From an uncultured Nitrospina sp. (lineage in GTDB: Bacteria; Nitrospinota; Nitrospinia; Nitrospinales; VA-1), in NCBI GenBank assembly GCA_913045445.1, contig CAJWQP010000005.1, positions 1-63,892 of the forward strand: a DNA stretch of 63,892 nt, written 5' to 3'. The position numbers and the translations under genes were made by a program. Shown in pieces: positions 56,797 through 63,892 of the stretch. Every line of letters begins with the position of its first letter. The stretch's first letter is position 1. The notes under the pieces were generated by a model. It searched no databases and was not told the origin of the DNA. It saw nothing but the letters and a program-made list of their open reading frames with translations.

Positions 56797-57090
56797 TTAT
56801 TTAGCTGGTTTCTTGGTAGCACTTCCTTTTTCGCCACCCACCCTTTCTCTCTGGTAGTGAGTCTTTGGTGTCTCTTTAGTCGGTTCCGGTTTCGTTTCAG
56901 GCAACCGGGCCAGGCCTTTCTTGCATAATTTATTATCAAAACACTGCGAGCACCCTCCTTTGTCTCCACAAACATAGCTCCCGTCATGTGAAGGACAGCT
57001 ATGCAGGATGTGACATGGTTGGTCATGGGCTCGCGCGCCAGAAACCAGATAAAAAACAAAGATAAATGTAAGACTTATAATAGTACGCAT
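56797..57090 (-). CDS. Small secreted Cys-rich protein with Lys/Pro/Thr-rich tail (unknown family)
   Basis: 97 aa. Signal peptide (LTFIFVFYLVSGARA), six Cys within 35 residues (PCHILHSCPSHDGSYVCGDKGGCSQCFDNKLC). Ends 9 nt upstream of the DUF1566 start. Confidence 0.6.
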   Translation of the reverse strand: MRTIISLTFIFVFYLVSGARAHDQPCHILHSCPSHDGSYVCGDKGGCSQCFDNKLCKKGLARLPETKPEPTKETPKTHYQRERVGGEKGSATKKPAK

Positions 57091-57218
57091 ATTTCCATTA
57101 AATAAGTATAGGTTTGTATTTACCCAATTCCCAGCACCCGTTGGGCACCTGCTAGCCCTCCAGTCATATAAGCTTTAAGGTAGGCTGGACGGGCATTGGA
57201 CGGTTTGTCAGTCAAATT

Positions 57219-57236
57219 CGCCCAATAAATTGGGCG
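57219..57236. repeat. Perfect 18-nt palindrome, same architecture as the 13.0 kb element
   Basis: CGCCCAAT AA ATTGGGCG, followed by GCTAC and with GTAGG 35 nt upstream (57180-84). Intergenic, downstream of the ykgJ-like gene. Confidence 0.5.
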
Positions 57237-57258
57237 GCTACAAAAACCAAATCCTGTT

Positions 57259-57606
57259 CTACCCTGTCAGGGTTTTAGCGGGTTGAAACTCATAACTGCA
57301 TTCTTCTGTTCCATCTGGCTCCATCGGATAGCTGTGGCAGAGAAACGGTTTTGCTTCTGGGTCTTTGTGGACTCTGCACTGGTTTTCCGGTCCGAGTTGC
57401 TGACAGGGAATATTTATCGCGTAGAACAACTGATTCCGCTCTACATCCTCACCCACAACACAGATACCACGATAGCTGAGATAAAGCTCCAGCTCTTTTC
57501 TACTCCTGTGTTGCCTGAGAGTCTCATCCCGGATGACAGTGATGTTGACCGTCTTGCAACATTCACCGCATTGATCACATTCCCCGATTCGTTCAACAAA
57601 GTTCAT
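57259..57606 (-). CDS. YkgJ/UPF0153-type cysteine-cluster (putative Zn/Fe-chelating) protein
   Basis: 115 aa. N-terminal CDQCGECC motif plus downstream conserved Cys/His (PCQQL, CRVH, CHSYP). Starts 17 nt after the queF stop. Confidence 0.7.
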   Translation of the reverse strand: MNFVERIGECDQCGECCKTVNITVIRDETLRQHRSRKELELYLSYRGICVVGEDVERNQLFYAINIPCQQLGPENQCRVHKDPEAKPFLCHSYPMEPDGTEECSYEFQPAKTLTG

Positions 57607-57623
57607 CGCTCAAAGTTCCTGGC

Positions 57624-58010
57624 TCATTTCTTCTGTCTGACCTTGGCTTTTCTCTTTGGTGCTTCGTAATGGGCGCTGACGGTGGTATGGATTCCTCCAC
57701 GAACATTGAAGTCGCCCACCACCTCCATCCATCGGGGTTTGCACGCCTTGACCAGATGGTCAAGGATATCATTGATCACTTTTTCGTGAAAGGCCCCTTC
57801 GTCCCGGAACGACCAAAGATACAGCTTCAACGATTTCAATTCAATACATAGTTTGTCTGGAACGTAGGTGATTTCCAGTTCCGCGAAATCGGGTTGTCCG
57901 GTCTTTGGACAAAGGCAGGTGAACTCCGGACACTCTAGTTCGATCTGGTAATCCCGTTCAGGATGCGAATTCTTAAAGGTTTCCAGTTTTTTAGATGATT
58001 GTTTTTTCAT
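57624..58010 (-). CDS. queF: NADPH-dependent 7-cyano-7-deazaguanine (preQ0) reductase, unimodular type
   Basis: 128 aa. [17 protein letters not shown] catalytic Cys region and [13 protein letters not shown] (QueF motif). Confidence 0.94.
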   Translation of the reverse strand: MKKQSSKKLETFKNSHPERDYQIELECPEFTCLCPKTGQPDFAELEITYVPDKLCIELKSLKLYLWSFRDEGAFHEKVINDILDHLVKACKPRWMEVVGDFNVRGGIHTTVSAHYEAPKRKAKVRQKK

Positions 58011-58048
58011 GGGTTATAGTTTTTTTAATGTTTTTTTTAGGGTGGACC

Positions 58049-58076
58049 TTGCTTTTGCTTTTTCAGATTTTATGAT
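58049..58076 (+). promoter_or_regulatory. Candidate sigma70 promoter of groES and groEL
   Basis: TTGCTT (58049-54), 16 nt, TATGAT (58071-76). The CIRCE element begins 5 nt downstream. Confidence 0.5.
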
Positions 58077-58080
58077 ACTG

Positions 58081-58107
58081 TTAGCACTCTTCCAAAGGGA
58101 GTGCCAA
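58081..58107 (+). promoter_or_regulatory. CIRCE element (HrcA operator)
   Basis: TTAGCACTC-N9-GAGTGCCAA versus the consensus TTAGCACTC-N9-GAGTGCTAA (one mismatch). About 155 nt upstream of groES. Confidence 0.9.
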
Positions 58108-58261
58108 TATCCCAAACAGAGTATTCTTACAGACCCTTGAGTACGAGAGAACCTATTAATTCGTAAAGGTTTATGGATATTCCGGTCGATTTGTACCCCA
58201 GATCGACGGGAGATTATTAATTTCAACATAGTTTATCATTTTTTTCACCAAGGAGTAGAGA

Positions 58262-58552
58262 ATGAATATCAGACCGTTGCAAGACCGTATTTTAGTACAA
58301 CCCATCCTGGAAAAGGAAGTCCGCAAGGGCGGAATTATTATTCCTGACTCAGCCAAGGAAAAGCCCATTGAAGGCCGTGTCAAAGCTGTTGGCAAAGGCA
58401 AAATTGGCGAAGATGGCAAGGCTATCAAATTGGAGATCAAAGTAGGTGACAAAGTTCTCTACAGCAAGTACGGCGGCACAGAAATTAAAATTGACGGGGA
58501 AGATTACCTTCTCATGAGAGAAGACGATGTTCTGGGCGTGATCGAAAAATAA
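58262..58552 (+). CDS. groES: Co-chaperonin GroES
   Basis: 96 aa. [12 protein letters not shown] .. [13 protein letters not shown] .. [14 protein letters not shown]. Confidence 0.97.
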   Translation: MNIRPLQDRILVQPILEKEVRKGGIIIPDSAKEKPIEGRVKAVGKGKIGEDGKAIKLEIKVGDKVLYSKYGGTEIKIDGEDYLLMREDDVLGVIEK

Positions 58553-58591
58553 CTCAGCGTCATTAAAACACCCGTAGAAAAAAAATTTTAA

Positions 58592-60295
<1,704 letters not shown>

Positions 60296-60324
60296 CGATT
60301 GCCCGGTTTAAGTCTGAAACACCA

Positions 60325-60355
60325 AACCCCGGCCTGACGGCCGGGGTTTTTTTTT
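60325..60355 (+). terminator. Rho-independent terminator of groES and groEL
   Basis: AACCCCGGCC-tgac-GGCCGGGGTT followed by a T9 run. Confidence 0.9.
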
Positions 60356-60497
60356 GCATGTTCATCCTCCCTTATCCTTCACATATAAAACACCCAGTAT
60401 TGAGGGTTGCAAATAGACCTTGATCTTCTTTACACTTACACTAGGGATCGGCCCGCACAGAAGCGTAACAGGCAAGTATTCATCCTAGAGGCTAAAA

Positions 60498-61730
60498 ATG
60501 AAAATTCTTGGAATGATTCTCGCTGGAGGAGAAGGCAGTCGTCTGTTTCCCTTAACCAAGGAACGGGCCAAACCGGCTGTTCCCTTTGGCGGAAAATACA
60601 GGCTGGTCGACTTCGTCTTAAGCAATCTGGTCAATTCAGGTATCCTCTCGGTGTATGTTCTCACCCAGTTCAAGTCTCAATCGCTGACGGAACATCTGCA
60701 TGAGGGCTGGCGTTTCAGCTCTCTTCTGCCTGACCATTTTATTTTACCGGTTCCGGCTCAGCAGAGAAAAGGGGCCAGTTGGTATCAGGGGACGGCAGAC
60801 GCTATCTATCAAAACATCAATCTATTCGAAGATACTGACTTCGATCTCATCGCCATATTTGGAGCGGACCATATCTACCGTATGGACATAAGGCAAATGA
60901 TCGAATTTCATCAGCGAAAAAAAGCGGATATGACGGTGTCGACACTCCCCGTTCCTCTTTCTGAAGCCCGTTCCTTTGGCGTGGTCGAAGTTGATCCCAA
61001 GCAGGCGATTATCGGATTCAAAGAAAAACCCAAGAGCCCAAAGTGCATCCCAGGTCGCCCCAATGAAGCTTATGCTTCTATGGGCAATTATATTTTCAAC
61101 AAAGATTTTCTGGTCAATGCCCTTTACGAAGATGCCCGGCGTGATAACTCATCGCATGATTTTGGCAAAGACATTCTCCCGCGAGTGTTTAAAACTTCGC
61201 GGGTTTATGCCTACGACTTTCGTTCCAACCGTGTTCCGGGGGCAAGCAGGAAGGAAAGGGGATACTGGCGTGATGTAGGAACCATCAAGGCATTCTGGGA
61301 AGCCAACATGGACTTAAGAAACATGACCCCCACGTTCAATCTTTATAATAATAAATGGCCCATTAAATCTTCTCCCTTTGAAGGCCCTCCGGCGAAGTTC
61401 ATTTTCAATGATGATGACCGTCGTGGCCAAGCCATCAACAGTACCGTATCCGAAGGCTGTATTATCAGTGGTGGAAGGGTTCAGGACTCGGTGATCGGAC
61501 GCAACGTGGTCATTCACAGTGGAACGACCATCGTCAATTCTTTGATTATGGATGAAGTAACTATCGGTAAAAACTGCAGGATCAACATGGCCATTATCGA
61601 CAAGCACGTTGATATTCCCGCTGGCACCACCATTGGATTTGACCTGAAGGAAGACAAGAAGCGGTATTATGTGGATAAAGAATCCGGAATTGTCGTTCTC
61701 ACCAAAAATTTCAAATTTCCCAAAAAATGA
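60498..61730 (+). CDS. glgC: Glucose-1-phosphate adenylyltransferase
   Basis: 410 aa. LAGGEGSRLFPLTKERAKPAVPFGGKYRLVDFVLSN, WYQGTADA, C-terminal left-handed beta-helix. Confidence 0.95.
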   Translation: MKILGMILAGGEGSRLFPLTKERAKPAVPFGGKYRLVDFVLSNLVNSGILSVYVLTQFKSQSLTEHLHEGWRFSSLLPDHFILPVPAQQRKGASWYQGTADAIYQNINLFEDTDFDLIAIFGADHIYRMDIRQMIEFHQRKKADMTVSTLPVPLSEARSFGVVEVDPKQAIIGFKEKPKSPKCIPGRPNEAYASMGNYIFNKDFLVNALYEDARRDNSSHDFGKDILPRVFKTSRVYAYDFRSNRVPGASRKERGYWRDVGTIKAFWEANMDLRNMTPTFNLYNNKWPIKSSPFEGPPAKFIFNDDDRRGQAINSTVSEGCIISGGRVQDSVIGRNVVIHSGTTIVNSLIMDEVTIGKNCRINMAIIDKHVDIPAGTTIGFDLKEDKKRYYVDKESGIVVLTKNFKFPKK

Positions 61731-62908
61731 AACGAGTCACTCCCGGTCTTGAACGACTGTTGGCCGATCCCGAAAAATATCTTCGTGGAAGCACCTTGGG
61801 CCTGGTGGTAAACCAAACCAGCCTGACGGGTGACGGAAGTTCTTCAATCACTCAATTTCGCGGCAACGACAGATTCAAATTGAGCGCCCTGTTCGCGCCT
61901 GAGCACGGACTTTATGGTGTGGATCAGGATATGGCGCACATCGCCGATGAAACTGACCCGGCTTCAGGTCTGCCGATAAAAAGCCTCTATGGGTCCGATA
62001 CCTCTTCCCTCACCCCGTCTCCTGATCTTTTAAATGACATCGACAATCTGGTTTTTGACATTCAGGATGTAGGCTCGCGTTATTACACTTTCATCTACAC
62101 ACTGGCCAATTGCATGCAAACTTGCGCTGAGTCAAATACGCGTATGATCGTATGCGACCGCCCTAATCCAATCAATGGTATTACGGTCGAGGGCAATTCA
62201 GTCAGAGAAGAGTTTCGATCGTTTGTCGGCCAATACCCGCTTCCCAACCGCCACGGGATGACGGTGGGAGAGCTGGCAGAGTTTTTCAATAATCAATTCG
62301 GCATTAAATGTGATTTAAAAATAATCCCGATGGAAGGTTGGGATCGATCCATGTGGTACGACCAGACCGGCCTCCCATGGGTTGCTCCGTCACCCAACAT
62401 GCCTGCTCTGTCTACAGCCACCGTCTACCCCGGAATGTGCCTGTTTGAAGGCACTCTTCTTTCAGAAGGGCGCGGGACGACTCTTCCTTTCGAGCAAATC
62501 GGCGCACCCTACATAAAGGCGGAAGCGCTCGCCAAAATGCTTAACGAAGAAGGCCTTCCCGGCCTGTTTTTCCGGCCCCAGTATTTTAAACCGCAGTTCC
62601 AGAAATGGAGCGGCGAGGTGTGCGGAGGCGTTCAGCTTCATGTCACAGACAGGGATAAGTTCAAGCCATTTTTCACCAGTATCGCCTTACTGTATACCGT
62701 CAAGAAGCTCTACCCAGATGATTTTTCCTGGCGAACAGAAACTTACGAGTTTGTCAGTGACCGATTGGCCATCGACCTGCTCTACGGTAACCCTGCCCTG
62801 CGTGAAGGAGTCGAGTCTTCCACCTTGTCGCTGACTGATCTGGAATCTGTCTGGAAAGAAGAAACTGCGGAATTTTTATCTCAGCGTGAAGCGTGCCTCA
62901 TTTATTGA
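61727..62908 (+). CDS. DUF1343 family protein (NamZ-like exo-beta-N-acetylmuramidase family)
   Basis: 393 aa. VVNQTS, LFAPEHG, DIQDVGSRYYT, PSPNMP motifs typical of DUF1343. ATGA overlap with glgC. Confidence 0.8.
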   Translation: MKRVTPGLERLLADPEKYLRGSTLGLVVNQTSLTGDGSSSITQFRGNDRFKLSALFAPEHGLYGVDQDMAHIADETDPASGLPIKSLYGSDTSSLTPSPDLLNDIDNLVFDIQDVGSRYYTFIYTLANCMQTCAESNTRMIVCDRPNPINGITVEGNSVREEFRSFVGQYPLPNRHGMTVGELAEFFNNQFGIKCDLKIIPMEGWDRSMWYDQTGLPWVAPSPNMPALSTATVYPGMCLFEGTLLSEGRGTTLPFEQIGAPYIKAEALAKMLNEEGLPGLFFRPQYFKPQFQKWSGEVCGGVQLHVTDRDKFKPFFTSIALLYTVKKLYPDDFSWRTETYEFVSDRLAIDLLYGNPALREGVESSTLSLTDLESVWKEETAEFLSQREACLIY

Positions 62909-63284
62909 CCCCACCCCCCCATTCAAACCAATTCAGGAGGGCAAACCTCAATTATTCAGATGCTATACCCATAGGAGTGCATCTGGACACTGTGATTGAG
63001 GCCACAGTCATTTTTTCATAAACTGCTTCTTAGACTTCGTCAAACCAAAATTATTTTCTTTCCAAGGTGAAAAATGATCCTGTCAAGCTGGGAAAAGCTC
63101 TGATATTGCACCTGTTAAATTGACTGACAGATTTAGAGGATCTGCCTGTCAATATTTCAGCAGACCCCCCTCTTTACAACGAACCAAGGGGCACTCCCAT
63201 AATACATTGATAGATAACGCGCTAACCTGACAGGCGGATAGTTTTATATAAACACAAAACATGAAAAAAAATGAGTGCTACCCA

Positions 63285-63313
63285 TTGACAAAACAGCAAC
63301 CGGTCCCTATATT
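63285..63313 (+). promoter_or_regulatory. Candidate sigma70 promoter upstream of the yqeY-like gene
   Basis: TTGACA (63285-90), 17 nt, TATATT (63308-13). The ATG at 63340 has AAAGGA upstream. Confidence 0.55.
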
Positions 63314-63339
63314 TCGTGTTTTGGTCGGCTAAAGGACTT

Positions 63340-63786
63340 ATGAGTTTAAAGGAAAATCTCCTTTCAGACATGAAAGGAGCGCTTAGGGGAAAAGAATCTC
63401 TAAAGCTCAACACCATTCGCGGTCTGATCTCCGAAATCAAGAATCGGGAAATAGACCTCCGCCATGAGCTTGGAGATGACGAGATCATCTCCATCATCTC
63501 CACCCAGATCAAAAAACGTAAAGAAGCCGCCGCCCTGTTCAAAAAGGGAGGACGCGATGACCTCTTTGAGAAGGAAAACCAGGAATTGGTCATCCTTCAG
63601 GAATATCTGCCTGAACAAGTTTCAGAAGACGAATTGCGGAAGCGGGTTCAGGAGGTGGTCAAGGAACTTGGCGTTGTAGAGATGAAAGACCTCGGAAGAG
63701 TGATGAAAGCAATTATCCCTGAATTTAAAGGACGGGCGGACAACGGGCAAATAAAAAACCTGGTTGCCGAATGTCTGGGTCAATAA
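63340..63786 (+). CDS. yqeY: GatB/YqeY domain-containing protein
   Basis: Start MSLKENLLSDMKGALR. Typical YqeY helices (LRGLISEIKNRE, KEAAALFKKGGRDDLFEKE, KDLGRVMK). Confidence 0.9.
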   Translation: MSLKENLLSDMKGALRGKESLKLNTIRGLISEIKNREIDLRHELGDDEIISIISTQIKKRKEAAALFKKGGRDDLFEKENQELVILQEYLPEQVSEDELRKRVQEVVKELGVVEMKDLGRVMKAIIPEFKGRADNGQIKNLVAECLGQ

Positions 63787-63892
63787 CCAGTACCATCCAC
63801 CAGCAGAAGCGAATCCAACAGCACCCGATAAACTAAAAATTAAAATTCAGACCTGAGATTACGAGCCACATGATGTTCGTACCCCAAGCCTG

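Noticed and set aside
57205-57216. A shared 10-mer TTGACTGACA is found in two intergenic regions: 57.2 kb (minus strand) and 63.12 kb (plus strand).
   Set aside because: A rough expectation for matching 10-mers among about 5 kb of intergenic sequence on both strands is well above one, so the match is not significant.
58011-58080. A possible preQ1 riboswitch upstream of queF. The minus strand shows ..GGUCCACCCUAAAAAAAACAUUAAAAAAACUAUAACCC-AUG, an A-rich tail reminiscent of preQ1-I.
   Set aside because: I could not draw a convincing P1 stem-loop (only GG/CC), and queF is not the usual preQ1-I target. The structured part of this spacer is explained by the CIRCE element and the groES promoter on the other strand. 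A covariance-model scan (Rfam PreQ1) would settle it.

Overview
This 63.9 kb window is a chromosomal segment of a diderm bacterium and is almost entirely core housekeeping. I cannot assign a taxon from sequence alone. GC looks mid-range by eye, and I did not compute it.

Gene content, left to right:
- serS.
- A minus-strand Fe-S block: nifU-like, sufB, sufC, sufD and sufS, then an oppositely oriented GNAT gene, then sufU and an AmmeMemoRadiSam-type radical SAM gene.
- moaA with a LarE-type sulfur transferase.
- P-II-like gene, yggS and proC.
- A secreted hydrolase and mutS2, then tpx.
- An M16 PreP-like peptidase, xth, and orphan oppD and oppF.
- A complete System I cytochrome c maturation cluster in the order ccmE-F-H-x-A-B-D-C-G.
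- A complete dcw cluster: mraZ-rsmH-ftsL-ftsI-murE-murF-mraY-murD-ftsW-murG-murC-murB-ddl-ftsQ-ftsA-ftsZ.
- A small mixed block: HNH, DUF1566, a Cys-rich secreted peptide, ykgJ-like and queF.
- groES and groEL behind a CIRCE operator, then glgC, a DUF1343 (NamZ-like) gene and yqeY.

I saw no rRNA, tRNA, CRISPR array, transposase or prophage signature.

I do not see a convincing novel multi-gene system. The best leads are these:
- The ccm cluster is a variant: CcmE has CxxxY in place of HxxxY, CcmH has a non-canonical cysteine motif, and an extra TM plus coiled-coil gene sits inside the operon.
- Two genes are disabled by in-frame stop codons.
- An AT-rich GNAT insertion splits the suf genes.
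- A nested double palindrome lies between convergent genes.
- The moaA leader is a candidate Moco riboswitch.
- A clean direct-repeat MraZ operator lies upstream of mraZ.
- A 409-codon open alternative frame runs across ftsW.

All family calls come from motif recognition by eye. None has been checked against a database.
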